From: Actinomycetota bacterium
GTDB taxonomy: Bacteria > Actinomycetota > Thermoleophilia > Gaiellales > Gaiellaceae
NCBI GenBank assembly: GCA_046732615.1
Contig: JBKPNM010000090.1
Coordinates: 1-47,582, forward strand
Direction: 5' to 3'
Length of the DNA: 47,582 nt
In this document: piece by piece, positions 28,044 to 36,850 of the stretch
Layout of the letters: each line of letters opens with the position of its first letter
How positions within the stretch are numbered: the first letter of the stretch is position 1
Translations under genes and position numbers: made by a program
The notes under the pieces: generated by a model
Database searches by the model: none
What the model was told of the DNA's origin: nothing
What the model saw: the letters and a program-made list of their open reading frames with translations, nothing else

Positions 28044-28882
28044 AGGCGTCGCAGGAGCAGGTCGAGGCGTGGCGATCCGTCGCCGCGGGCTGGGAGCGTC
28101 AGCGTGAGCTGATCTGGTCGGCGACGCGCGCCGTCTCGGAGCGCCTGCTCGACCTGCTCGACCCACGACCTGGGCAGACAATCCTCGAGCTCGCAGCCGG
28201 GCCGGGCGACACCGGGTTCCTGGCCTTGCCGCGCATCCTCCCCGGCGGGCACCTTCTGACGACGGACGTCGCGCCGGAGATGATCGAGGTCGCACGTCGG
28301 CGCGCAGGCGAGCTCGGGCTCGAGGGCGTTTCGTTCGCCGTCGAAGACGCCGCCTCGCTGACACTTGCCGATGCGTCGGTGGACGGCGTGCTGTGCCGCT
28401 GGGGCGTGATGCTCGTACCGGAGATGGAGGCCGCGGCCGGCGAGATCGCGCGCGTGCTCCGGCGAGGCGGCCGCACGGCGGTGGCGGTGTGGGCCTCCCC
28501 GGAGCAGAACGAGTGGATGACGGCGCCGGGCCGCAGCGCGCTCGAGCTCGGGCTGATGGAGCCCCCCGACCCCGACGCGCCGGGTCCGTTCCGCCTCTCG
28601 GCCGACGGCCGGCTCGTGTCGCTCCTCGAGGACGCGGGTCTCCGCGTCGCGACGATGGAGGACGTCGCGCTCACGTGGCGGGCACCGTCGCTCGACGCCT
28701 GGTGGACGATCACGAAGGACATGTCGCGGATGCTCTCGCTGCTTCTCGAGCGACTCACGCCTGAGGAGGCCGCCGCGCTACGGGCCGGCGCGGAGCGTCG
28801 TCTCGAGCGCTACGTCGAGCCGGACGGCGAGCTCGTCGTCCCCGCGCTCGCCCGCGTCGCGCTCGCCGTACGGAACGACTGA
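28040..28882 (+). CDS. Class I SAM-dependent methyltransferase (UbiE-like); apparent ATA start
   Basis: W..VAAGWER, LELAAGPGDTG motif I, VDGVLCRWGVML, RVLRRGG, PGPFRL. No ATG/GTG lies between the upstream gene's stop and motif I. Confidence 0.8.
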   Translation: MEASQEQVEAWRSVAAGWERQRELIWSATRAVSERLLDLLDPRPGQTILELAAGPGDTGFLALPRILPGGHLLTTDVAPEMIEVARRRAGELGLEGVSFAVEDAASLTLADASVDGVLCRWGVMLVPEMEAAAGEIARVLRRGGRTAVAVWASPEQNEWMTAPGRSALELGLMEPPDPDAPGPFRLSADGRLVSLLEDAGLRVATMEDVALTWRAPSLDAWWTITKDMSRMLSLLLERLTPEEAAALRAGAERRLERYVEPDGELVVPALARVALAVRND

Positions 28883-28897
28883 CGGGCGCGAAGGAAA

Positions 28898-28970
28898 TGG
28901 CGAGGGCCGGACTTGAACCGGCGACACCACGGTTTTCAGCCGTGTGCTCTACCAACTGAGCTACCTCGCC
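28898..28970 (-). tRNA. tRNA-Phe (GAA)
   Basis: GGCGAGGTAGCTCAGTTGGTAGAGCACACGGCTGAAAACCGTGGTGTCGCCGGTTCAAGTCCGGCCCTCGCCA: acceptor GGCGAGG/CCTCGCC, anticodon loop CT-GAA-AA, GGTTCAA T-loop. CCA is not encoded; TACACT -10 at 28981-28986. Confidence 0.97.
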
Positions 28971-29056
28971 CCGGCAGGTGAGTGTAGCCGTGTCCATAGC
29001 GCGTCGCGGCCGCCGTGCGGAGCGACCGCCGGCCCGGCCGGGTAGCCTCCGCTGCC

Positions 29057-29965
29057 GTGGCTGCGACGCCCCGGACGGTGACCATCGTGGGCGCGCCGCT
29101 CGATCTCGGCCAGGGCCGGCGAGGCGTCGACATGGGCCCGTCCGCGATCCGGTATGCGGATCTCGAGGAACGGCTGACGTCGTTCGGCTGCGTCGTCGTC
29201 GACCGCGGGAACGTGATCGCGCCGGAGCCGGAGGCGCTTGCCCTGCGCGACGAGCGCGTTCGGTTTCTGCCCGAGATCCTCGACGCGTGCGCGAAGCTGG
29301 CCGCGATCGTCGAGGAGGTCGTCGGGTCGGGCTTGCTGCCCCTGGTGCTCGGCGGCGACCACTCCGTGGCCCTCGGAACGCTCGCCGGGCTCCGTGCCGC
29401 CGCCGGCCGGCCGGGAGGCGTCGTCTGGATCGACGCGCACGGCGACCTCAATCGGCCGGAGACGAGCCCGACGGGAAACGTCCACGGGATGCCTCTCGCG
29501 GCGGCTCTCGGGCTCGCGGGCGACGAGTTCTCGCATGACGGGCTCGCGCTGCCGGCGGTCGAACCTGCGCGCGTGTGCCTCCTCGGCGTGCGGTCGCTCG
29601 ACCCGGCCGAGCGCGCGCTGATCCGCGAGACGGGGATCAGGGTGATCACGATGACGGAGATCGACCGCATCGGCATCGAGCGCGCGGTGCGAGAGGCGAT
29701 CGACCGCGTCTCCGGCCCCGGCTTCGTCCACGTCTCGCTCGATGTCGACGCCCTCGACCCGGAGATCGCGCCGGGTGTGGGCACGCCCGTGAAAGGCGGC
29801 CTGACGTACCGCGAGGCGCACCTGGCGTGCGAGGACCTCGCCGAATCGGGCGTTGTCGGCTCGCTCGAGCTCGTCGAGGTGAACCCGATCCTCGACCGCG
29901 AGAACGCCAGCGCGGCGATTGCGGTCGAGCTCGCGGCGAGCGCGCTCGGCCAGTCGATCCTCTAG
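29057..29965 (+). CDS. rocF: Arginase
   Basis: GQGRRGVDMGPSAIR, GGDHS, WIDAHGDLN, SPTGNVHGMP, SLDVDALDP, GTPVKGG, EVNPILD. Confidence 0.95.
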   Translation: MAATPRTVTIVGAPLDLGQGRRGVDMGPSAIRYADLEERLTSFGCVVVDRGNVIAPEPEALALRDERVRFLPEILDACAKLAAIVEEVVGSGLLPLVLGGDHSVALGTLAGLRAAAGRPGGVVWIDAHGDLNRPETSPTGNVHGMPLAAALGLAGDEFSHDGLALPAVEPARVCLLGVRSLDPAERALIRETGIRVITMTEIDRIGIERAVREAIDRVSGPGFVHVSLDVDALDPEIAPGVGTPVKGGLTYREAHLACEDLAESGVVGSLELVEVNPILDRENASAAIAVELAASALGQSIL

Positions 29966-29989
29966 AACCCCGGAGAGCCTTACGCGAGG

Positions 29990-30031
29990 GAAGAGCGTTC
30001 GGGCCGGTTGACCGCGCCGCGAACGCTCTTC
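29990..30031. terminator. Hairpin between convergent genes (putative bidirectional terminator)
   Basis: GAAGAGCGTTCG...CGAACGCTCTTC, perfect 12-bp stem. Confidence 0.65.
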
Positions 30032-30044
30032 GTTGCCGCTGACC

Positions 30045-30863
30045 CTATCGCACGGCGGCGGCAGGGCCAAGCACGCGGATCCGAAGCGGGCGGCCGGATG
30101 CAGCGTGCAGCATCGACGCCGCGTTTCCGCGGTTGATCGCGATCGACATGTTGCGGTAGCTGTCCTCGTAGAGGATGACGTCGCCCGGACGGGCGTCCGC
30201 GAACGTGCGGGCCATGACGGCGAAGTAGCGCTCACCCGCGAGCTCCAACTCGATGCGAGAGCCGGGAACCACACCGGCGTGCTCCGCGTCGTCGCGCGTC
30301 AAGTTGAGGGCGATGTTGCCGAAACTGTCAACGTAGAGCATGGTCGCCTCGATGCGGTCTTCCGAGAACGACGGTCGCGGAAGGTCGAGCCGGACGAGCG
30401 CGTCGGGGTCGAGCGGTGGCCCGAGCTCGTCCAACGGCACGCCGTTCGCGAGATGCGCCGCGGCCGGGGCGAAGAGATCGCGCCCGTGGAAGGTGCGCGA
30501 GATCGACTCGAGCGCGTACTCCGGGTTGACGAGCTCGCGAGCACGCGTGATGCCCGCGCGCTCGGCTGCGGGGAGCAGCAAGCCGTTGTCCGGACCCACG
30601 AACATCCGCCCATCGGCGTCCTCGAGCGCGACCGGGCGGCGCACGCCTCCGACACCAGGGTCGACGACGGCGAGGTGGACGCCCACGGGCATGTACGGGA
30701 GGGTGCTCGAAAGGACGAGGGCGCCTTGGAGCACCTGGGTCGGAGGGATGCCGTGCGTCACGTCGATCACGCGGGCGTCGGGGGCGATGCGCGCGATCAC
30801 GCCGTGACATGTGCCGACGAAGTCGTCCTGGAGGCCGAAGTCCGTCAGAAAGCAAATGACCAC
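30045..30863 (-). CDS. SAM hydroxide adenosyltransferase (DUF62; chlorinase/fluorinase family)
   Basis: LTDFG, IDVTHGI, VVDPGVG..RR, GPDNGLL, TFHGRDLFAP, VDSFGN, INRGNA. Confidence 0.92.
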   Translation of the reverse strand: MVICFLTDFGLQDDFVGTCHGVIARIAPDARVIDVTHGIPPTQVLQGALVLSSTLPYMPVGVHLAVVDPGVGGVRRPVALEDADGRMFVGPDNGLLLPAAERAGITRARELVNPEYALESISRTFHGRDLFAPAAAHLANGVPLDELGPPLDPDALVRLDLPRPSFSEDRIEATMLYVDSFGNIALNLTRDDAEHAGVVPGSRIELELAGERYFAVMARTFADARPGDVILYEDSYRNMSIAINRGNAASMLHAASGRPLRIRVLGPAAAVR

Positions 30864-30872
30864 TCGCCGAGT

Positions 30873-31508
30873 CTACGACGCCGGTGACGCGCGCTCGACC
30901 GCCTCGACGAGCCCGGGAACGTCGTGCGTCGCCGCTTCGGCCACGACCGTCAAGCCGTGCGCGACCGCCTCGCGAGTGGTCTCGGGCCCGATCGACACGG
31001 TCGGGGCCGGAGCGGCCACAGCCGCATAGGCTCGCGCGGCCGACGGCGAGGCAAGAACGACGAAGTCGCACTCCGGCCAGCTCGCAGGCTCGAGCGCGAC
31101 GGTGTGGTAGAGGACGATCACGTCGGCGCCCAGCGTCTCCGGCAGCAGGCGACGGGCTCCCTCCGCGCCGGCGAAGAGCACACGGCCGGGCGGCGTCGGG
31201 AGAGCCGCGAGAAGGCCCTCCTGCGTCGACGTCTCGGCGATCACGTCCGCGTCGCCGAACGCGACCGCGGTTGCGCGGCCGATCGCTGCGACCCTCGTCG
31301 GCGTGCCTCGCATCCTCCGTTTCAGCTCGCGGGCTCCCGCGGGACTCGTGAGGACGACCCAGTCGTACCCGGTGACATCGATCGGCTCGTCGCCGAGCGG
31401 CTCGATCGCGATCAGCGGGACATGGGCGACCTCGTGCCCGGCGCCGCGGAGGCTCTCCACCAGCTCGTGTTCGCGGCCCGCGGGACGGGTGACGACGATT
31501 CGCGCCAC
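30873..31508 (-). CDS. hemD: Uroporphyrinogen-III synthase
   Basis: IVVTRP, PLIAIEP, WVVLTSPAG, AIGRATA, LASPSA, SIGPET; in the hem cluster. Confidence 0.88.
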   Translation of the reverse strand: MARIVVTRPAGREHELVESLRGAGHEVAHVPLIAIEPLGDEPIDVTGYDWVVLTSPAGARELKRRMRGTPTRVAAIGRATAVAFGDADVIAETSTQEGLLAALPTPPGRVLFAGAEGARRLLPETLGADVIVLYHTVALEPASWPECDFVVLASPSAARAYAAVAAPAPTVSIGPETTREAVAHGLTVVAEAATHDVPGLVEAVERASPAS

Positions 31509-31517
31509 GTTTCTCGT

Positions 31518-31607
31518 CCCGTCCCTAGCCCCCACCCGCCCACGGGGACACGGACGGTAGCGAGGGAGATGTGACATGACTGTGCCAAGTTTGTCCCGGT
31601 TGTGCGA
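31518..31607 (-). promoter_or_regulatory. GGCAC-repeat promoter module, copy D, with G-tract leader upstream of hemD
   Basis: On the minus strand: CGGGAC (31593-98), TGGCAC (31582-87), TGTCAC (31571-76); 11-nt spacer; TACCGT (31554-59); GGG-C-GGG-T-GGGGG-CTA-GGG-AC-GGG (31518-31541). Confidence 0.72.
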
Positions 31608-31766
31608 TCAGGGCGCCGAAGGCGGTGACCGCGGAGGCGACGGGGGAGGCGAGTGCGGAGCCGCTCGCGCCGACCGGCGGGAGAAGGGAGTCACGTCGGC
31701 CTAGTGTCAGCGCAGAACAGAATGCAGCGGCCGCACCGCCCGCTGGAAGCGTGTCCGTCGGCGCCT

Positions 31767-32591
31767 TCACCGCGCCAGCGCGGCAAGCTCGCGCCCGAGC
31801 GCGTGCGGATCCGAGCCCTGCCGACGCTCGAGCCAGCTGCCGTCCTCCGCGGCGACGAGCCCGGTGAGCACGGCGCCGTCGTGATGCGCCGCGACGGGCG
31901 CGAGGCAGCCGCCGCCGACCGCAGCGACGCACGCGCGCTCGGCCTCGACGCGGCGGCGAGTCTCGCGATCGTCCACCTTCTCGACGAGATGCTCGTCTCC
32001 GGCGCGCACCTGGAGCGCCAAGGCGCCCTGGCCCGCCTCGGGGAGCATCACGTCCGGCTCGAGCCGCGCGCCGATCTCGCTCCCGAGCCCGAGCCGGTCG
32101 AGCCCGCACGCCGCGAGCACGATGGCGTCGAGGCCACGCTCGCCCCGCTTCCGAAGGCGCGTGTCGATGTTGCCGCGAAGCGGCTCGACGGACAGCGTGG
32201 TATCCAGTGCAAGGAGCTGCGCGCGGCGGCGCGCCGATGCGGTCCCGATCCGCATCCCGGGTCGAAGCTCGGCCGCCCCGCAGAGTGCGTCGCGCGGGTC
32301 CTCGCGGCGTGGGTACGCGCCGACCGTGAGTCCCTCGGCGTCCGTCGAGGTCATGTCCTTGGCCGAGTGGACGGCGACGTCGATCCTGCCGGCGAGCAGC
32401 GCCTCCTCCAGCTCCTTCACGAAGACGCCGCGACTCCCGATCTCGCCGAACGGCCGCGTCCGGTCGCGGTCACCCGCCGTCGTGATCGGAACCAACGCGA
32501 TCTCGACGCGGGGCCGCCGCAGCGCCTCGCTGGCGCGCTCGGCCTGCGTGAGCGCGAGCCTACTGCCGCGCGACCCGACGCGAAGCAGCAC
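31767..32591 (-). CDS. hemC: Hydroxymethylbilane synthase (porphobilinogen deaminase)
   Basis: GSRGSRLALTQ, GVFVKELEEALL, AVHSAKD, REDPRD, GTASARR, RGNIDTRL, GQGALA, GGGCLAP. Confidence 0.95.
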   Translation of the reverse strand: MLLRVGSRGSRLALTQAERASEALRRPRVEIALVPITTAGDRDRTRPFGEIGSRGVFVKELEEALLAGRIDVAVHSAKDMTSTDAEGLTVGAYPRREDPRDALCGAAELRPGMRIGTASARRRAQLLALDTTLSVEPLRGNIDTRLRKRGERGLDAIVLAACGLDRLGLGSEIGARLEPDVMLPEAGQGALALQVRAGDEHLVEKVDDRETRRRVEAERACVAAVGGGCLAPVAAHHDGAVLTGLVAAEDGSWLERRQGSDPHALGRELAALAR

Positions 32592-32717
32592 GGCAGCGGC
32601 GGGTCCCCTGCGTCGCGGGAGCTCCGCAGAGCCGTGCGCCGCGAGGACGGATCCGGACGAACGCCGTCGGCACCACGAGCGGCAGCGGACGTCCGCGCGC
32701 GACGTCGACCGGCATCG

Positions 32718-33983
32718 TCACGCCTCGTCCTCGCCCAGCCCGAACAGATGACGCACGACCTCAGCATAGATCAGCCCGTCCGGCGTCATCGCCGCCTCCT
32801 TCATGCGAACCGTCGGGCCGTGCAGGAGCTTGTTCACGATCTGGGCGGTAACCGTGTCGACCATCGCTCGCTCGCTCTCGGACAGCCGACCGAGACGCTT
32901 TTCGATGCGGGAAAGCTCGGCCGCGCGAATGTCCTCGGCCTGGGCGCGAAGTGACGCAATCGCCGGGACGACCGCGAGGGACGCCTGCCAGGCGTGGAAG
33001 CGCTCCGCCTCCGCCGCGACGATACGCTCGGCAGCGACCGCCTCCGTACGCCGACCGTCCAATGAGGCGGAGACAACCGCCTCGAGGTCGTCGACGTCGT
33101 AGACGAAGCAACCGTCGATCGAGGCGAGGGACGGGTCGACATCGCGCGGCACCGCCAGGTCCACGAAGAGCACGGGCTTGCCGCGGCGCGCCCGCAGCGC
33201 CGAGCCGAGTGCCTCCAGCGTCAGGACGAATCCCGGCGAGCTGGTCGACGAGACGACGACGTCCGCGCCGTCGAGCACGGCGGCGACGTCCTCGAGCCCG
33301 ACCGCGCGAGCGCCGAGAGACGAGGCGAGTCGCTCGGCACGGTCGAGGCTTCGATTGACGACCGCCGCAACCGTCGCGCCGCGCGAGCGGAGGTTCCGCG
33401 CCGTGAGCTCGCTCGTGCGACCGGCGCCGACGAGGACGACGTTGTGCCCCTCGAGGCCCTCGAAGACCTGCTGCGCGAGCGCCGCCGCGGCCGCCGGCAC
33501 CGACGCCGGGCTCTCGCCGATCGCCGTCTCGACACGTGCGCGGCGACCGGCGTGGAGCGCCATCCGGAACGTCCGGTCGAGCACCGGCCCGGGCGCCCCG
33601 GCCTCGAACGCGTCGCGCACCTGGCCGAGAATCTCGCCCTCGCCGGGGACGAGCGAGTCCAGCCCTGCCGCGACGCGGAAGAGGTGCAGGGCCGCCGACT
33701 CGTCCGCGAGGCGGTACGCGAGCGGGGCGAGGGCTGCGGCATTCTGGCCCGCGAGAGCGAGGAGCGCGTCGTCGGCCGCCCGCGCGACGTGATCGTGGTC
33801 GTCGGCCGCGAGGTAGAGCTCGGTGCGGTTGCACGTCGACAGGACGACCGCCTCCTGTGCCTGCGCGCCGTCTCGTGCCAGTCGACGGGCGAGCGCCGAC
33901 GCCGCTTCGAGATCGATCGCGACCCGCTCGCGCAGCTCGACCGACGCGGTGTGGTGCGAGATCCCTGCGAGCGCGAGCTTCAC
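32718..33983 (-). CDS. hemA: Glutamyl-tRNA reductase
   Basis: GISHHTASVELRE, STCNRTE, HLFRVAAGLDS..GEGEILGQV, VGAG, DLAVPRD, NKLLHGPT. Confidence 0.95.
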   Translation of the reverse strand: MKLALAGISHHTASVELRERVAIDLEAASALARRLARDGAQAQEAVVLSTCNRTELYLAADDHDHVARAADDALLALAGQNAAALAPLAYRLADESAALHLFRVAAGLDSLVPGEGEILGQVRDAFEAGAPGPVLDRTFRMALHAGRRARVETAIGESPASVPAAAAALAQQVFEGLEGHNVVLVGAGRTSELTARNLRSRGATVAAVVNRSLDRAERLASSLGARAVGLEDVAAVLDGADVVVSSTSSPGFVLTLEALGSALRARRGKPVLFVDLAVPRDVDPSLASIDGCFVYDVDDLEAVVSASLDGRRTEAVAAERIVAAEAERFHAWQASLAVVPAIASLRAQAEDIRAAELSRIEKRLGRLSESERAMVDTVTAQIVNKLLHGPTVRMKEAAMTPDGLIYAEVVRHLFGLGEDEA

Positions 33984-34753
33984 GATGCGAAGTGGGTCAG
34001 CGGTAGGACGAAGGCGACAAGGGTGAAGCCGGCGACGAGCGACCACGCGAGCCGGCGGCCCTGGAGGCCGGTTTCCCGCCGGAGGATCAGGGCCGTGGCG
34101 TACACGCCCCAGATCACGGCGGTGACCGTCATCGCGGCGTCCAGCTCGCCCGAGTCGAGACGGGTCAGCCCGACGACGATCCCGCCGCTGAGCAACAGGA
34201 GGCCGACGAGCGCCACGCGCGACGCGAGTCGGTCGAGCGCTTCGAGCGACGGCAGCCGCAGGCGCAGAAGACCCGTGTCGCGATGCTTGAGCCGGCGTTC
34301 CTCGTAGAGGTACAGGATCGCCATGGCCGCGGCGACCGTGAAGCTCGCGAACGCGGCGAGCATGAGGCCGACGTGGGCGTCGAGCGTCCAGCCGCCGCCG
34401 TCGCGCTCGTCGACCGCCGTGCCGCCGCCCGCCCACGACAGCACGAGCAGCGCGGTGGCGAACGGCATCACGAGGAGGCCGATCAGCCGGTAGCGGGGCT
34501 TGCACCCCCAGACGAGATATCCGGCGACGACGAGCCACGAGAGCAGGTTCAGCGCGCCGGCCCAGGTTCCCCATGGGAAGCCGTCCGTCGAGACCGCCTG
34601 GGCGACGAGCAGGGCGGTCTGGGCAAGCCAGCCGATGCGGACGCCCCAGATCCCGAGGCGGCCGAACCGGCCCGGCCCGTGCAGCTCTCCGGCATACGCG
34701 ACCGCGGCGAGGCCGTACGCGACGAGCGTCGGCCAGACGAGCAGCTCAGCCAT
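33980..34753 (-). CDS. Cytochrome c assembly family membrane protein (CcsA/HemX-like)
   Basis: Multi-TM, H in DAHVGL, ERRLK...RLPSLEALD, GLQGRR; directly upstream of hemA. Confidence 0.8.
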   Translation of the reverse strand: MAELLVWPTLVAYGLAAVAYAGELHGPGRFGRLGIWGVRIGWLAQTALLVAQAVSTDGFPWGTWAGALNLLSWLVVAGYLVWGCKPRYRLIGLLVMPFATALLVLSWAGGGTAVDERDGGGWTLDAHVGLMLAAFASFTVAAAMAILYLYEERRLKHRDTGLLRLRLPSLEALDRLASRVALVGLLLLSGGIVVGLTRLDSGELDAAMTVTAVIWGVYATALILRRETGLQGRRLAWSLVAGFTLVAFVLPLTHFAS

Positions 34754-34910
34754 CGGCTTCGTCGGCGGCTCGTCCGTCCGTCAGGCGAACGAGCTCGGCC
34801 GTCTCCCGCTCGAGGCGCGACAGCTTCGCCGCGATGATCGCTGCCCACACCAGGACGAAGACGAGGAACACGCCGTACGCCGCCGCGACGTACTTCTCGC
34901 CGGAGCTCAT
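34746..34910 (-). CDS. Small CcmD-like membrane protein
   Basis: KYVAAAYGV + one TM + charged tail, immediately after ccmC. Confidence 0.7.
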   Translation of the reverse strand: MSSGEKYVAAAYGVFLVFVLVWAAIIAAKLSRLERETAELVRLTDGRAADEADG

Positions 34911-35593
34911 CGCGCCAGCGCCTCGCGCAGCGCGCGAATGTTCAGGTCGGTTCGCTTCCCGGCGAGCTCGGTGCGGTACATCACGTAGGCGAGCAACGTG
35001 ATCGCCGCCCATGCGCAGCAGAAGGCGGCGAACATCTCGCCCGTCATCTGCGGGCCGTCGCGCGTGAACACCGTCGGATGGATGAAGTCGTTCGCGAGCC
35101 GGATCGCGAAGAAGCTGACGGGGATCAGTGCGACGCCGAACAGCGCGTAGACGGCAGAGATCCGCTCACGGCGCGGGCCGGCCTCGATCGAGAACCGCAA
35201 CATGAAGTACGCGCAGTAGAAGAGAAACAGGACGAGGAACAGCACGAGCTGGTTCGAGCTCCACGTCCACCAGACCCCCCACGACGCCTTCGCCCAGATC
35301 GACCCCGTGATGAGCGTCAACGCGCCGAAGATCGTACCCTGGTGGATGCCGGTGTAGCTCTCGAGGTCGTAGCGCTCGCCGCGCGTCCACAGCAGCCGGA
35401 GCGCCTTCCAGGCGCCGAGGCCAAAACCCGCGTACGCCGTCAGCGCGATCGGGACGTGGACGTAGAAGATCTTCTGGGAGAGGCCCTGGTCCGCGTCCTC
35501 TGGCGCGACGAAGAAGATCATCGCGACTGCGACGCCCGCGAGGACGACGGCGAGGCCCGCGAGGGCCGCGAGGGGAGGCTTCGTGATGCTCAT
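34907..35593 (-). CDS. ccmC: Heme exporter protein C
   Basis: QKIFYVHVP, LITGSIWAKASWGVWWTW (WWD domain), second His in FIHP. Confidence 0.88.
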   Translation of the reverse strand: MSITKPPLAALAGLAVVLAGVAVAMIFFVAPEDADQGLSQKIFYVHVPIALTAYAGFGLGAWKALRLLWTRGERYDLESYTGIHQGTIFGALTLITGSIWAKASWGVWWTWSSNQLVLFLVLFLFYCAYFMLRFSIEAGPRRERISAVYALFGVALIPVSFFAIRLANDFIHPTVFTRDGPQMTGEMFAAFCCAWAAITLLAYVMYRTELAGKRTDLNIRALREALAR

Positions 35594-35603
35594 CGGGTGA
35601 CGT

Positions 35604-36245
35604 TCACTCGGTGACGACGTACTCGAACGCGGCCCACGAAAGTATCGCGAACACGGCGTCGTAGAGGCCGAGGAACGCGAGGTACGTGCCAGGCTCGGGC
35701 GAGATGCTCGAGCCGACGCCGCCGACGACGAGCGGTATCGCAAGCGGGAGGAAGAGCAGCGGAAGCAGCACTTCGCGACCCCGTGCCGCGGCCGCCATCG
35801 CCGAGACGAGCGAGCCGACGGCGCAGAGCCCGATCGACGCGAGCGCGACGCCGGCGAGCGCGGGTCCGTCGAGCGGCGCGAAGAACAGCGCGAACGCGGG
35901 AAGGGCGACCACCTCGGCCGCACCCAGGAACGCCAGCGCGGCAAGCGTCTTCGCGAGCCAGATCGAGCTGCGGTCGGACGCGGCGAGCACGAGCCCGTCG
36001 AGCGCGCCTGCCTCGGTCTCCGGCGTCCACGCGCGGCCGAGCCCGAGCAGCGAGGTGAAGACGAGCGCGACCCAGAGGAGGCCGTATGCCGCGTCGTCGC
36101 CCGTGCCGCCGGGCAGCGCGAAGTGGAAGACGACGAGGGTCGCGACGACGAAGAGCACCATCGCGGGCAGGGTGTCTCGTGCACGGAGCTCGAGGCGGAG
36201 ATCCTTCCGCGCGAGCGCGGCGACGTCGGCGAGGTAAGCCGTCAT
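35604..36245 (-). CDS. ccmB: Heme exporter protein B
   Basis: KDLRLELR, E.E.GALDGL, LAK, REVLLPLLFLPLAIP. Confidence 0.92.
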   Translation of the reverse strand: MTAYLADVAALARKDLRLELRARDTLPAMVLFVVATLVVFHFALPGGTGDDAAYGLLWVALVFTSLLGLGRAWTPETEAGALDGLVLAASDRSSIWLAKTLAALAFLGAAEVVALPAFALFFAPLDGPALAGVALASIGLCAVGSLVSAMAAAARGREVLLPLLFLPLAIPLVVGGVGSSISPEPGTYLAFLGLYDAVFAILSWAAFEYVVTE

Positions 36246-36844
36246 GCTCGCGCCAGCTCGAGACCCGCCGGAGCGAGCGACGCCAGCCGGTCGGGATCGT
36301 GCGTCGAGACGACCAGCGTGTGGCTGCCTGCGAGCGCCGCGAGCTCGTCGTCGAGGAGGGTCGCTCCCTCTGCGTCGAGCGCGGAATGGGGCTCGTCGAG
36401 GACGAGCAGGGAGGGGTCGTGAAGAAGCGCGCGGCAGAGCGCGAGGCGCTGGGTCATGCCGCGGGAGTACGAGGAGACGCGCTGGTGACGCGCCTCCCAG
36501 AGACCGAAGCGCTCGAGCAGCATGCCGATGCGCTCGCGGCGCTCGTCGACGCGGTAGAGGCGTCCGTAGAGGTCGAGGTTCTCGAGGGCGGTGAGCTCGC
36601 GGTAGACGAGCGGCTCGTGCCCGACGAGCCCGATGCGCGCCCGGTGGACCGCAACCTCGAGCGAGCCCCGCGTTGGCGCCGCCAAGCCGGCGACGAGCCG
36701 AAGGAGGGTCGTCTTGCCGGAGCCGTTCGGCCCCGTCACGAGGAGTGTGCCGCCCTCGTGCAGCTCGAAGCCGACGTCGCGGAACACGGGACGAGCGCCG
36801 TAGCGCTTCTCGAGGCCGCGAGCCCGGACGACGGGCTCAGCCAC
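36242..36844 (-). CDS. ccmA: Heme ABC exporter ATP-binding protein
   Basis: GPNGSGKTT, LTALENL, YSRGMTQR, LVLDEP, STH; upstream of ccmB. Confidence 0.88.
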   Translation of the reverse strand: MAEPVVRARGLEKRYGARPVFRDVGFELHEGGTLLVTGPNGSGKTTLLRLVAGLAAPTRGSLEVAVHRARIGLVGHEPLVYRELTALENLDLYGRLYRVDERRERIGMLLERFGLWEARHQRVSSYSRGMTQRLALCRALLHDPSLLVLDEPHSALDAEGATLLDDELAALAGSHTLVVSTHDPDRLASLAPAGLELARA

Positions 36845-36850
36845 GCGACT

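Noticed and set aside
28883-28970. tRNA-Phe as an island integration site
   Set aside because: No integrase and no duplicated tRNA 3' end seen; flanking genes have host-like composition.
30045-30863. Fluorinase/chlorinase (halometabolite pathway)
   Set aside because: It has TFHGRD and DPGVG..RR as in the common DUF62 SAM hydrolases, and no biosynthetic cluster context.
32592-32717. 126-bp gap between hemA and hemC as a riboswitch or a fifth module copy
   Set aside because: No phased GGCAC repeats, -10 hexamer or recognisable riboswitch core found.
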